Below, piece by piece: positions 11,904-25,020 of a DNA stretch of 64,000 bases. Under the pieces are notes generated by a model, which made no database searches, was not told the DNA's origin, and saw only the letters and a program-made list of their open reading frames with translations. Source of the DNA: Perkinsus olseni (Eukaryota); contig JABANN010000107.1 of NCBI GenBank assembly GCA_013115125.1, forward strand, positions 1-64,000, written 5' to 3'. Each line of letters begins with the position of its first letter. Position 1 is the first letter of the stretch. A program made the translations under genes and the position numbers.

Positions 11904-13409
11904 TGATCCGAGTCTGATTTTCAAGTCGCTGAAAACGTCTGTCCTCCGGTGTGCCCTTCTGTTTCGCAAACCCAAAGCTGCGTCTTATATTCAGAGGCCT
12001 TGCACTATCTAGTCGACTCACTCCCTTGTCACACTAGCCCTCCGAGAGTATTGCTAAACCACGGGGGTGAAAGTTCTGTTATACTGCTACGTTGCGTCGT
12101 CAAAGGGCTTATTATCGCCCGCATACGATCCTTCCCTAGGGTTCCTTTCCCCTGGGAGGTTCCACCTCGACTGCCACTGCAATACTACCACTCTTGTCGA
12201 ATCGATTATCCGTGCTTGCTCAAGTAGCGGCGCAAAAGTCATGGCGAGTTTCGCAGTGTCCTCCCGTCCCGTGTTACGGTGACTCTTTCATGGAGTGTCT
12301 TGTCTGTGATGGTGATCATCGACAGTTGGAGACGGTGGACAATCACCCTGATCAGTCCTGCGCTATCAGTTCCTCCATTCTTACATGTCTCGTCATTGGG
12401 GGAGGATGCATGGTCTCTTCACAGTCTCTCATTTTTATTGCTTCGTTGCTGTTGTCTCACATAGCACGGTCAGTTGACGTTGTCGTACTGAATTTCAGAC
12501 GTGGACGATATGCCCGCTTCAGTGATCGTGGCCATTCTTACCGACGACAAGTGGCCCTGGCGGTGAACCCTCTCTACTGCCTGCGCCACAGGATGAGGTT
12601 TTGTAAAGGAACGAATTGTACCGTTTCCGTCTACTAATGTTGCTGCTACTACCGCTGCTGCTACCGCTACCTCCACTACTACGGTTATTAATACTACTAC
12701 TACGTTAACAGATAATCGTATCGGATCCGAATCTTGCAAGGGCCGCCTTGTTGCCGTCTATCTGTCGTCTATCATTCAGTTGGTCTGCTCCGCCAACCTA
12801 CGAGTTCCTCTGAACTATCGGGTAAGGCCACTTATGACTTTGGGAGAGCCTTGTCTCAAATTGCAACTCATGCTTGTCCGGTCGCAAGAGCTTCCTAAGG
12901 AAGCTACCGGTTCAAAGGGGCCATTCCTGTATCGGCAGTTGGTATCACCAATACCGTATTACTCGTACACGACCTTCTCCGTCCCAGAAAACTCCTATCG
13001 TGATGCCAACGGAGTGTTAGTGCTGTTTAGTATTTCCCATGCATGCGTTTTGTAGGCGCTGGAGCCTCATCCAGTTCTTTCGTTACATCCTCCACCCGGG
13101 TTACACTGTAACCCGAAGTTCTCCAGCAGGGAGTCTTCGTGATCGTCACTTGGAGGCGAGAAATTATTCTCCTCAGGGGTTATAGCTCTACCATCCTAAC
13201 GTTGTGTGACGGGGACAGAATGGACAGTCTTATCGCCGCGACGACCGTGATGGGCGTCGAAGGCCACCGACTTGATCCTTTGGCGGCCTAGGCTCTAGGA
13301 GTGTCGATCTTTCGAAGGAAATACGTCTCAACATGATTAGCTGTCAGTACACATGTGAGCTCAAATCAGTCGTCTCCGCCTTCGCAGTTGTTTCGCTTGT
13401 ACACTGCTT

Positions 13410-14726
13410 ATGTCCAGCGATGAAGCGCGCCAGCAGGACTTCCCTACGGTCTCCTCGGAGACTAGCTTTCAAGTAAGTATGAAGCCTCGGCTCAGTGAGG
13501 ATACCACTGCTGAGCCTACGGGGACCGTTCTCTCTGAGTGGTCAGTCATCGCCAACACGATGGTTGGCACTGGCGTCCTAGGCCTGGCCTCGGCCTTCAC
13601 GGCCACTGGTTGGGTCCTAGGCTTCTGTCTGATGACCGTGTCTGCCTTGATGGCAGTCTTTGCGTTACACCTGATGAACTGCCTGTCAATGAATTCCAAA
13701 ACCCGTCAGGTCAGCTGGTACACCGTCTCCGGGCTCTACTGTCCGTGGGCCAAACTAGTGGTCGACATAGTCGTGATCGTCAAGTGTGCCGGTGTGGCTG
13801 TCTCCTATCTGCAGGTCGCCGGTGATATGCTGTCAATGCTTCTCGTATTTTGGAGTGGTACTGACTTCAGCCAGTCCACAGTGAGATCCCTCATCATCGT
13901 GGCGGCAACGCTGATGATGGCTCCGACGTGTATGGCGAAGGAGTTGAAATCTACCACCCTGGTCAACGTACTCGCCTTGGTCACTATAAGTTACTGCGTT
14001 ATCCTGGGATGTGTTTATAGCGATGTTGATGCTGGCGACGACACTGTCGGTATACCACCCCAATCGTCATTCACTAACATTCTTGCTAAGCTGCCGGTTT
14101 TCATATTCGCCTTTACTTGTCACGAAAACATGTTCCCGTGTGCGACTGATATGAAGGAACGCACTCAAAAGAAGCTCGATCTTGTGGCCATCTCCGCCGA
14201 ACTCACCGGTTTCATTATTTTCTTACCCGCTGTGATTTGCCCCTATTTGACATTTGGTTCTCACGTTGAGCCGAACTATTTGCAGAACATTGACTTTGAG
14301 AACAACATTCCAGTCCAAGTAGGTTACGTAGCGCTTTCAATCGGTGTGCTATGCTCCTACGCCCTGCAAGTGGTTCCTATCGTGAGGTCGGCTATGGTCC
14401 TCGTCACGCGTGGTAAGACTATAAGTAGCCGCAGGAAGGCTAACATCATCTTCTACACAGTAGCTGCTGTGTGTCAGTTGGTCCCTATGGCATTGGCTAT
14501 CGCCGTCCACTCCCTCGGTGTGACCTTCTCATTTGTTGGTATTGTTGGCTCTAACACCATCGCGTACATAATGCCGTCTTTCCTCTACTTAATGATGGTC
14601 AGGAAGACTGGTTCCAAGAAGGGTGTAACCTTCTATTTGGCCTTCGCTCTTTGCGTAGTTGCAGTATGTCTTTTGCCACTCTGCATCGGATCCCTCATCC
14701 AACAGATCATAGCGGGTACTGAATGA
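13410..14726 (+). CDS. Amino-acid transporter, Aa_trans/AAAP family, intronless tandem paralogue
   Basis: 438-aa ORF with NTMVGTGVLGL and PVFIFAFTCHEN; collinear with the 10581-11903 protein. Confidence 0.92.
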   Translation: MSSDEARQQDFPTVSSETSFQVSMKPRLSEDTTAEPTGTVLSEWSVIANTMVGTGVLGLASAFTATGWVLGFCLMTVSALMAVFALHLMNCLSMNSKTRQVSWYTVSGLYCPWAKLVVDIVVIVKCAGVAVSYLQVAGDMLSMLLVFWSGTDFSQSTVRSLIIVAATLMMAPTCMAKELKSTTLVNVLALVTISYCVILGCVYSDVDAGDDTVGIPPQSSFTNILAKLPVFIFAFTCHENMFPCATDMKERTQKKLDLVAISAELTGFIIFLPAVICPYLTFGSHVEPNYLQNIDFENNIPVQVGYVALSIGVLCSYALQVVPIVRSAMVLVTRGKTISSRRKANIIFYTVAAVCQLVPMALAIAVHSLGVTFSFVGIVGSNTIAYIMPSFLYLMMVRKTGSKKGVTFYLAFALCVVAVCLLPLCIGSLIQQIIAGTE

Positions 14727-15620
14727 TCGATCGACCTAGAGCCGGAGTAGCCTGACTAGGTCAGGCTTCTGGGCTCAGACTAACGTACTTGTTCTATTCC
14801 TGCTGTTCTACCGCTCTCGTCAAGTCGTACACTAAGCGTATAGTCCTTGCCCCGAAAGGCCAATTTTCTGACCATTGCAATGGCTCCAGCTTCTCAAGTG
14901 CACAAGCATCTCATCTCCCTGTATTCTTATGAGTTCCTCTCAAAGCACCTCTGCCCTCAACTCCGGCTAGCGCAGTATCGTAAAGGTACCGCTGCTGGAC
15001 CATATGGTCATGGGGTGCTCGACTCCCTCTGGGAATTTCATTATTCGTAATTGTCTCCGTAAACGTTTATATTGCCATGTTGCAATACCGTCGTCGTAAA
15101 GGGCTCCGAGTAATAGCAAGTCAAGCTGTTTTTCCGAGATCGGAGATCCTAGACTCTGGGCTAGCCTTAGCCGCCCTGTCTGTATTTGTTGCTCCCCTCC
15201 CTAGCTCTTGCGTTCAATTACCTACGGATAAATTAACTACATGGCCCTTGGACAGCCGGGGAAGACGTCGGCGACATACCCAAGTGTATGAAAGAGCCAA
15301 GATGGCAAACCAAGCACAAACATCGAAGCGTATGACGTAACCGGAGGTACTCTGGTAGCTATAGCGTGCGCTAGGTAAAGGCTGTGGCTGTGTGCTGTAC
15401 CACAGCTAAGCGTTGGCTCCAGCTCTGAATGTTCGCCAAGTAGAGCTGTAGACTGGTACTTGGATGACGACAGGATCGGAGGGTAGTTTACGATAACGTA
15501 TGGGTCGGTGAAAGAGTTCACCCTCCCCCAGACGCACTGAATAAACACAGAACCCGTGGTTAAGAAACAGTGAACGTAGTGAGCTGGTAAGGGACGTGGA
15601 GATGTAGTACGTAGGAGGAT

Positions 15621-18600
15621 TCAAGCGTCGCCGGCACTCTTGGCGTTGGCCAAATACCTAACAGACCATCATAAAGTTCACCCAGAGCCCCGTCGAAGGT
15701 CATCGTACATCAAGGCATGGGTGTTGTCTCTCATCAAACAGCCAATGCTGTCGGCCGCCTTACGGTGGGCCAAGACCTGCTCCAGTAGGGCCACCAGGGC
15801 CACTCGAAGCGACGACCCAGCCTCCGTACCTAGCCAGCACTATGAGAAACACCGTAGCCGTTCTCGTTGCTTACCGCTGCCATCTGCGAAGTTCTGCAGC
15901 TCACGGTCCAAGTTCTGATACTGCATCTCGAGAGCCTGCATGAAAGGTTAGCTGATGAGTAGGCGTGGCCAGGATCTCACCAGTCGTGCCCACAGCATGT
16001 TGGCCTCTAAGTGAGGACTATCCCGCAGCCTTCGAGACAGGGTGGCGATCAACGTCGGCAACAAACGAAGACCGACAGATCCTATGCAGGCTGCGATGGA
16101 GTCCGGTGGGTCCATCGGTACGGCATCGAATACCTACGGAGGGTCGGTCGCTAGAGTGTGGCCAGTGGCGGCGGTTGGTGGTCTCACATAGTCGATGATC
16201 TTGGCGTCTCCGGTGACCAAGGCCATGACCACTGCAGCTGGCCAATTCTCATCCTTCACCATCTTCACTATCTGCTCGACGTTGACACGCTCCGTGAGGA
16301 GGCCCGTGACCGGGGTGAAGGCCAGAGCGGCGGTACTTGAGTCAGCACCAGGGGCGACTGAGGTACGGAGACGCTATTCCACACGAAGAGGCTCCGGGCC
16401 TACTATCACCTCTGTCACTTGAGAAGACGTGGGCTCCCAGACTAGTGGCCACACAAACCTGTCGGCCATCACCGGAAACTGTCAGTCCGTACACTCGCCT
16501 GAAGTGAGTACCATCAAAGGCTGTTGTCAATGGCGGCGCGGTCCCCCCCCTACCATAGTTGATAATCCTGCTTTGAGCCATAGCCGGCCTTAACACCAGG
16601 CAAGCGTTCAGCCTGGGTGATTCTCTTCCGTTTCCGGTCAGCTCCCTCGAGCTCTTCATACCTACCACGGAAGGATGATCCGGACACCGGGGAGAAAAAC
16701 TGCCTCACTCCTGGTCCTGCACGGCGATGGCTAGAGCAGCTCCGGTGTCCGTGCCACGGTCTAGCTTACTATTGAGGAACCTGAGAGCAGCGGCAACTGG
16801 CGCGAGAAGGGGCGGTTGCGGTGACTGACCTCTTGGTGCCGATAATGTTGCCTTGGGCGCAGGTCATAGTCGTACGGCACAACAGCACCCTCAGACGAGT
16901 ATCGTAGATCATCAGGTAACTGCCGATAACGAGTCCCGACGGGAAGCCGATCGTTCGACTTACGGTGATCTCGGGCAGACAGCGGCTAACCACTGGCCGT
17001 TGGGGCTGAAGCAAAGGTCTGTAAAGTACCTGCGGGAAGAACGCGCGCTCGAAAGATTCCTTGCCGCCGCCGTCAGCATGCTCACTGTGTGATATCGGCG
17101 AGGCCGCCACTACCATCCCTTCGTGCCTTCTTGCCACTGGTAAGACCACCAGTTGCTCGGCTACCTACAAACGGCGGCTGTCGACTAAACCGTGTGCCAC
17201 TCCAACTCACCCTGTCCGCGACCGGCCGCGATGTCCCTGCTGGCGTCGATGCTTCCACCCATCTCTCGGCCTTCCGTGGTGTCCCAGAAGTAGATATGGC
17301 CGGCCTGTGTGGCGGTGGCCAGTCTGGAAAGGAAGTTGCCAAGACCCTCTCCCGCGAGCTACTACATATTCTTCTCCGTGTTCCGTGCGAAGGCGCAGGC
17401 TGTTACTTGACCCTGGTGGATGAGGCTCTCACCGCTGCCTGCCTTCGTTTGCCTGCAAGCTCAACAGGATCCTTCCTAAGTCGACAGAGGAGGACCACTC
17501 ACCGTCCGTAGACGTCCCAAACCCGCAGTGTCCTATCCCAGGAGGTGGAGGCGAGGAGGGAAGAATCCCAACAGAAGTCCAGAGCCGAAACTCGGGCCTC
17601 GTGACCAGAGAGCACCTGACACCAACATCCACGGGCTAGCATACTGCGGAGATGAAGCGTCCATTCTCGTCGGAGCTTAAAAATCATATTAGCCGGAATG
17701 ATTTTATCTGGGGACTCAGATTATATAACTTTTTCTGTTTCTAAACCGGTTAGTTTGATCCAGTGGATGCGTCTACTGTACTCGGGAATCATCAGCTTCA
17801 GGAGGCTCGGGAGATGGGGTAGTGAGCGGTGGGAGAAATTGCGAGACCATCGATATCGACAGAGAATGTCATGCTTACGTCAATGCAATCACCAGTCTTG
17901 AGTGCCCACAGATAGACAGCCCCCGGTGCCTGGGCGCTGGTACCACCAGCGGCCACGACATCACCACCACCATCAACCGAGACTGTGGTGAATTGGACCA
18001 GGCCAGAGGAGGAGGGCGCCGTCATGACCTATCAGGGCATGCATGCGAGAGCATCCAGCCATGAGGGAGGGAGCTTACTCGGAAGTTGCGGTATCGGAGG
18101 GAGTCATAAGCCCGGACACTGCCATCCAAACTAGCTGAGATGACGGCGTTGCCAGTAGGGGTGAAGCAGACGCCCTCAACAGTGGAGGTGTGGTCAGCAA
18201 AAGTAGCGTAGCAGAAGCCGGAGACTGAGGGAGGGGACAGGTTGGACGAGGAGGCCAGCCGAGGAGTGGAGGACCTACCCGTGTCCCACAGCTTCACCTT
18301 CCCTTCCATGCCACCGGTGGCCAGCAGCTGCCTGTGGTTCTGACCAGCGGTGATGGTGCTGCCAGCCTTGGGCCTAGTGCTGCCGGCCAAGGGGGAGTAG
18401 GCCACACAACGGACCTAGAGTGAAGAGTAGGTGATCAGCGCTGTCCTGGTGAGCTTACCCCGTGATGGTGTCCCTGCTGCTTCAGTATCCAGGTCTCGCT
18501 CCGCCACTCGTAGACGAGGAGCTGCCTAGCGTGGGCTGAGCCAATGCAGATCCAGTCGCCACCAGGACCTACAGGGGAGGGGAAGCTGCACACCTCAAGG

Positions 18601-20152
18601 CACGATGAGGCGAGGCTTACTGATGTCAGCATGGGTGATGGAGCATCCGGCAGAGCCACCGAGTGTGGTGGCGCTGACTAGGGAGAGCTGCTGGAGGACG
18701 GCCATGGTCGTTACTTCGTACCTGCACACCATCTACCATCAACCTACCTACACTACTAACAGAGCTTACAGTGCGAAGATACCGTGACTAAGGCCGAGGA
18801 CCAGCATGTCGCTGAAGGCATCGAAGCCAACAGCAGTGACGGTGCCGCCCTGAGCATGATCAGTGATAGTAGACGAAGCTGAAGGGGACTCCTCGACCCA
18901 CCTTGACTGCCTCCAGGTGGTTCTTAGACTGGAGAGCCCAGGTGCCACTATCATCGACCATCCAATGCAGGAGGAAGCTGAAGGAGGAGAGGGTTAGAGG
19001 GGAAGGCGCTAGGAGGGATGGGGAGTACCCGTTCCGAGCGACGGAGTAGATGTCCTTGCCGCTCTTGCCAAAGTAGCTGCCTCGTACCGGCGCCTGATGC
19101 TCCACTAGACAGCCCGATGGTATGTCGCTTTTCGAATGGTCAAGGACCCAGACACGGACCTGGAGAGACTTTACGGCAACGGCGGCGGCCCGTACCACTC
19201 CTTCCCACCATCATGTCGTTGCCGCTGGAGATCAGCGCGTTAGAGTCGGCAGACCAGCTGAGGTGCATGACCTCATCGATGTGGCCAGCAAAGGTGTGCT
19301 TTATGACCTGACGATGATGCCAAGGCTTGACCGACTGATCGCCTCGTAGTCCTACCATCTGCCATCCAGTACCAGCTGAAGGTGCGTACCACACCACCAC
19401 CTTCCGACCGGAAGTAACGGCGATGTATCGACCGTCTACGACAGACACGATGGTAGAGGGGCTACAGAAGGGCAGCAGCAGCAGCAGCCTACTATACCTG
19501 GGGAGAACTCAGCAGCCCGGACGGTTTTTGTCTTTAGGTTCATACGGTGGAGCACCAGGCCGGTGCTCAGAGCCACGACCATCGCGAAGCCATCAGTATC
19601 GACGGTGAATAGCAGGGAGTTGTCAGGGGAGGCCTGAAGGATGCCGCTGCCCCGAGGCGAGTGAAGCAGACCTCCTACCGACATGGCAGCAATCGCCGAT
19701 CCGCGGACTTCCATAGGGAGACAGGCTGTGCGATTGGACCTGGACAGGTCGGTTACTTGCACCTGAGGGAGGGGAGGGTGGCACCGAGGGTGTAGTGGGG
19801 GGGGGTTGGGGTACCCTCGAGGATACTGTGGAGAGTAGCAGAGAAGGCGGCGGCTGGGCATCCTGGGATGAGGAGGTTCTTCCCGTCGAAAATCTGACCG
19901 GGCCACCTGATCGACCGGAGACCAACTGTCAAATGGCCGCATCTTAGGTCGATGCGAGCTTAAGGCAAGTAAGTAAGATACGCCCCAAGACACTAGCTTA
20001 CCACTGTAAGTAGGACCGATCAAGTTGGTGAACCCGAAGGACAGCCTCGTGGCCACGGAAGGCTCACCGCTGGTGACCTTGGCAGCAGTACCATCCGGAA
20101 GATCAGGCGAGGAGGGAGGCTCCGAGGATGATGACGGTGACGTTGCAGACAT
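15621..20152 (-). CDS. PWP2: Periodic tryptophan protein 2 (Utp1), WD40 small-subunit processome factor (multi-exon)
   Basis: Exons FGFTNLIGPTYSG, SPDNSLLFTVDTDG, QLLVYEWRSETWILKQQGH, LATGGMEGKVKLWD, SASLDGSVRAYDSLRYRNFR, LSGHEARVSALDF and LASTSWDRTLRVWDVY follow PWP2 in order. Spliced C-terminus ...ALMYLANAKSAGDA*. Confidence 0.9.
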
Positions 20153-20328
20153 AGATCTAGGCCCTAGGGAAGGGTCGTCGTGATGATCACCTGAGGGCAG
20201 CAGCTCTCCTCCTTGCTGGGCAGTACTCCAACGCAGCAACGTGGCACTAGAAACTATCAGTCGTACGTAGAGGAGAAGGGAAATCAAGAATAGCAAGTCA
20301 ATCTGGGAGGTGCTGATGGTGGCCATCA

Positions 20329-23300
20329 TCACGCCCCACTCATCTTAGCAATAGTAATCTTCACACACTGCAGCAGCGTCTCCCTCAACTGCGTGGGTGG
20401 CAGGGAGCCGTTGACCACTCCCTCATAGAACCGGGCCAGCTCCGGGCTCTCAGCCAGGCCGCTGCCCAGTGTGGTCTGCAGAACACTCTGCACTCGTCCT
20501 TGGGACTCCGGTGGAAGGACCTTCTGTGTGAGGCCCACATTCCGCAGCATTTGGCTCACTAAGAACACCGCCTTCACCGACTCGTAGTCATTCACGTTCA
20601 ACTGCCGCAGTGCGCCCACACAAATAGGGAGTAGCTCTGGTAGGTTCAACAGGTCCGCCAGCATCACTCTGACAAACTCCGGGTCGGTAGCCCGACTGGT
20701 AGCCTCCACCAGACGAGAGACTATCTGTATACTGGCTGTATACAGCTGCACTTCGCCCGGTGTACCAATACAGAGACGTATCAGGCCTAGCACGGCAGGA
20801 GTGCTGCGAAGGACCTCCACAAAGGCCTCGGTCTGCTTTGTCGCAGAGTCCCGCATGAGCGTCAGTATAGCCACTCCAAGCTCCAACTTCTCCCTTCTAG
20901 TCTCGGGAGAATCCACCGGCATCGCCTGCCATGCTGGGGCGAGGTCATTCACCAGCCCTGGTAGCTGTGAGGACACCAGACCCCGCCCAAGCTCAGCGTC
21001 CGACTGAGTGACCAGGTGGGAGACGAAGCCAAGGAACTCGGCCATATCCGCGCTCTGCGTGGTGGAGTTGGCCTTCACTACCGGTAGCACGTCGTTAAGG
21101 ACAGGCGCGAGGCGTTCAGAAGGCAGGGTTTGAAGCAGCTGGCGGCACAGCAGTATCATGCTCTGCCGTATAATCCGGTCCACTGCTACATGGGCGAAGC
21201 TGGCCCGCAGTTTCCCCAGAACCATGTCCCAGGCCTCCAGCCCCACCGAGCACTTCTCTATCGCCTTGGCCAGGGAGGCCAGCGCCAGCATGACTCTGTT
21301 GTAGAGACAGTCAGCTGTGGTCCCTCCCGGGGGTACCGCTACTAGGTCCGGGCCGGCTCTGTCCAGGACTGTTGAGAACTGCCCTAGCACAGCCAGCAGC
21401 GTCATAGCTTGGTCGTCTATGTCCTGGGAAAGTAGAGTGCCCACGGCTTCGTACAGGTTGTCCTGGTAGTCCCTGTCAGCCTGCCCAGGAGCTATGGTGA
21501 GACACGAGGACAGCTCGTTGACGAAGGGGCCAACCTTGGGGCCTACAGCTGCCTTGTGCTGCTTGCAAAACTTAACAAGTAGGAAAGAGGCCCGCTTGGC
21601 CACCTTAGGGTTCTTAGAACGGACACCACCGAGGAGGGCCGGCAAGCAGACGGTGTCGATGCATCGCGAAGCTGCACCAGAGTACTTGCACACCAGCTCC
21701 AGTGTTTGGAGCTGGACCAGCCAACTACGGTGCTGCATTATCCCAGGGCAATGGAGGATCTGGGTGGCCGTAGGACCAAGCTCATTCTCGTACGCTTTCT
21801 GTTCCCCACATACGTGTAGCATGGTTAGACCTGAGATACCCTAAGATACTCCTCGCTCCTGCCAGACCTTGCCGTCTTACATGCTTCCAGTTGGCTGTCG
21901 GCCAGGGCAGCAGCCTGATTGCCTTGCGTGATGGAGGACACTGTACTGCGGACGAACTCTAGGGCAGTCTAAAGAGGGCCATGACAGGTAGGAAGCTCAG
22001 GTGATGCTGCTACGTCTTTATCAACCGCCAACGCCTTCCGTATCAGCTTGCAGACATCAGACCGGAACTCGGTGAAAGCCACTTCCTGCTCAGTGCCGTC
22101 ATCAACGTCATCACCTGCAAGATGGAGACGGTCGACAGGCTCGAGAAGGGCCTCGGCTGATATATAAAATGAGCGAAAAATTGCACTGGCTGGGATTTGA
22201 ACCGGAGACCTGACGGGGCCACCCCACCAGGAAAGAGATGTTTAGGACGAAGTGTGTGTCTCGTTGTGGACTCCTCATCAGATGAGCTAGATTCATCCCC
22301 ATTGGATTGGCTAGATGCGGGTGACGAAGGACAGCGGGAATTGGTCCCGGAGACCACCGCCGACACCGCTGGACCTGCTCGAGGGTTCCTCTATGCTACG
22401 CCCCACCACCCACTACCTACCTTCATGGCTGAACCATTGAGGGTAGCACAAGTGTATCTAAAGCAACACACAAAGGGATTAAAAGGAACAAATCCTGAGG
22501 GAGAGGAGGTCCGACTTATTAAGGAGCAGCACTACGGACGCTACCATGCTGCAAGCAAAGGCCGCGGGGCGAGGCACTATGCTGACGTGGTATTACCAGG
22601 GACAGGCGCATGACCTCCGTTACAACGGGCTTCACCTCCTCCTTCAACGCCTTCCCCTCCCCTTCGCCACTACTACTTATCATCTGACCAACCACTCACG
22701 GTGCATCCCATAGATCAATCCCTCAACCGCCGCCCTACCTTCCGAACATTCCCGAGGAAGATCTGCAGGGAGTTGTCTACTGACGCCGCGATTTCGAATG
22801 AACTGTGGGCGTAGAATTGCTCTAGTAACGCCACCACCAGGTTTTGAACCTGCGTCCATGCCCACATCAACAGGACAGTAGGTAGTCATTCTGGGGCCTA
22901 CGCATCGCCACGCTGCCATAACCGTAGTGTCAGTAGCCTCTACGCTGTTTCGGATGAGCATCTGGGACTCCATCACATTTTCGGAGACCTTGTCATACCT
23001 GTCGAGACGTGAATTACTGGCTTGTCGCAGGCATGTGCCTCGCACGCCCGCACGACAAGCCAGATCGAGTCCTGTGGAGGTTTCGGTGTAAGAGAAAGAC
23101 GCCGCATCACAAATCAGCGCAATAACACGACGCCTTATGCGCCCCCTTTCTAAGTAGCCCCTCCCTGACTACATTTCCGAGACCTTAGCCAGCTTCCGCG
23201 AGTCAGCCTGGCATGCCTTAGTCATCCGCTCCATGTGCCTGTGTACGACAAGCAAGGGTGTGTAGCAGCAGAAGCGAAAGAAAAGTGGTATTGTAGATCA

Positions 23301-24758
23301 CACACTGGAATGCCAGGACAAAACGTGCAGCTGACACTAACTTTGGACCGCCACCGCGAAATGGAGCGTCCGTGAATAGTGAAAACCCCGGCACTGGTGA
23401 TACTACCCTAAGAGGTCCAACTCTAATACCATGGTGAGCCTTTTACCAGGTAGCATCTTCTTATGACACATGGCAGCTATGAAGGTACATACGTGTTGAC
23501 CTGAACACAAGAACCATGTCCTGCTACCAACACCCTCAACAGGGAATACGATTTGTGAATGGTGTGGTATGCACAGCTGTGCACCGTGGATTTGTATTTC
23601 GTGGCGCGCGACGAGCGTTCCCTTAGTACATTGCTCCAACGTGCATGTATTAGATTCCACAATCTTGGTGACCAGCTCTATGAAGTGGGCATTAGCAAAA
23701 AGCGTTATCTCGGCCCATGCCACGTATCTGGGGACGCGGAGAATCTTAGAGGTCACTCTGGTCACACACAGAATACCTTGACAAGACATTCAGGGAGAGC
23801 TCTGTGGACTTGCCAGCACTAAGGGAGTTGAAAAGGACCTCCACGATACGGTTGATGTCTCCTGATGTGACGCCGAGTGACTCGACCCATGCCTCATCCC
23901 ACACTATTACCACTTTCCCGCATAGTATCTTTCACGCGCATCGGCAACGAGCTCTCGCCACTACCGTGCATGTTCCTGATTTCATATCAAAGACGAGTAT
24001 CTTCAGTTAGCCTACCGGACGTCATCCCCTATTAACTCCTGGTCGAGCGAGACCAGTACTCGAAGCATGAAGTCCAGGCCTCGGTCACTGGCCGAGGACA
24101 GCTGGAGGAGATCCTTGATGGCTGTCGACCTGATCCATGATGAAAGATACGTCGCGCACGGCGAAGATTCCTGCTTACCAGACACCTGATTGGTAGTCGT
24201 TGCACATAAGCTGCATGTAGAGGACTGCTATCCGATTGACTATGGCCACGGGGACCTCGGCGCCCGGGACGAGTATTGCGGTGACATAGTGGCAAAGGGC
24301 TTGCCGTACTGAGACGGCATGGAAATCTACGGGGCGACTGTCTCTCAGAGGATACCTCCTTGCCGTTGGGCTTGATTCAGTCCGGGTGCTAGCTGAGATA
24401 GGGCTTGGAGACTCCAGAATTGGGCCTACCACGCGAGAGGTCGTCGGATCGGACCCCATGCAGGGCATTTTACCTCCATCGACACTCCACTAGGGGCGAA
24501 GGCGCATTTACAGATTATCTCCGAGGCGTCAGCCCTCTGTTTAACCTCTGAAAATAACCTCTCCCATACCATCTCTTCCACTACTCCCACTATTACCAGT
24601 GCAAAACTGCTCCGCCTTCTGCCGCGCCGCAGGGTCAGCCTAAGAGAAAATACAGTCTAGTAGGCAGACGAGAAAGACGGCCGTACCCGATAATTGAAAA
24701 GGACGTCAACGGCCTGGACAAGCACTGGGTCTGGGGCTCCTACCGAAGTGCTTGACAT
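20329..24758 (-). CDS. XPOT: Exportin-T (Los1/Xpo-t) tRNA exportin (multi-exon, long terminal exon)
   Basis: Exons ADPAARQKAEQFC, IVNRIAVLYMQLMCNDYQSGVW, MRVKDTMRES, YVAWAEITLFAN, MCHKKMLPGKRL, FLEFRSDVCKL and HRSWLVQLQTLELVCKY parallel conserved exportin-T blocks; HEAT-like helical composition. Confidence 0.75.
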
Positions 24759-25020
24759 ACTCAAACAACAAACAACACTGTGAAATGAGAAGGTAAGGGC
24801 GATTATATAAGTGCGCGAATATATCCGCAACTGCATAATCGTTTGACCTGTGACAGAAATCTTGAGATCTTGAAGTCTTGCATTTCCTCAACTCTAGTTG
24901 ACGACCGGTGTACCATTTTTACTAGCGCGCTGTTGTTCGACGTTTGCCCTCAGCATGCCAGTCAGGCCTTGTCCGATGTACTCCATCGCCCTTCAGTTGT
25001 GATACTGCAGTAACTCGTCA
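24759..25020. promoter_or_regulatory. Putative bidirectional promoter region between head-to-head exportin-T and PGM3
   Basis: Only ~260 bp separate the divergent start codons. Pyrimidine-rich tracts ending in AG precede both ATGs. Confidence 0.45.

Noticed and set aside
11950-13350. Spacer between the transporters with short ORFs and CTA/GCT-rich low complexity
   Set aside because: No interpretable protein motif or terminal repeats; cannot support a gene or transposon call.
14749-14767. 8-bp stem hairpin after the second transporter, resembling a terminator
   Set aside because: Short stem without a U-tract in a eukaryotic context; compatible with chance.
22197-22613. Plus-strand 138-aa ORF as a nested gene inside exportin-T
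   Set aside because: Lies opposite probable exportin exons and introns, and has no recognisable domain.
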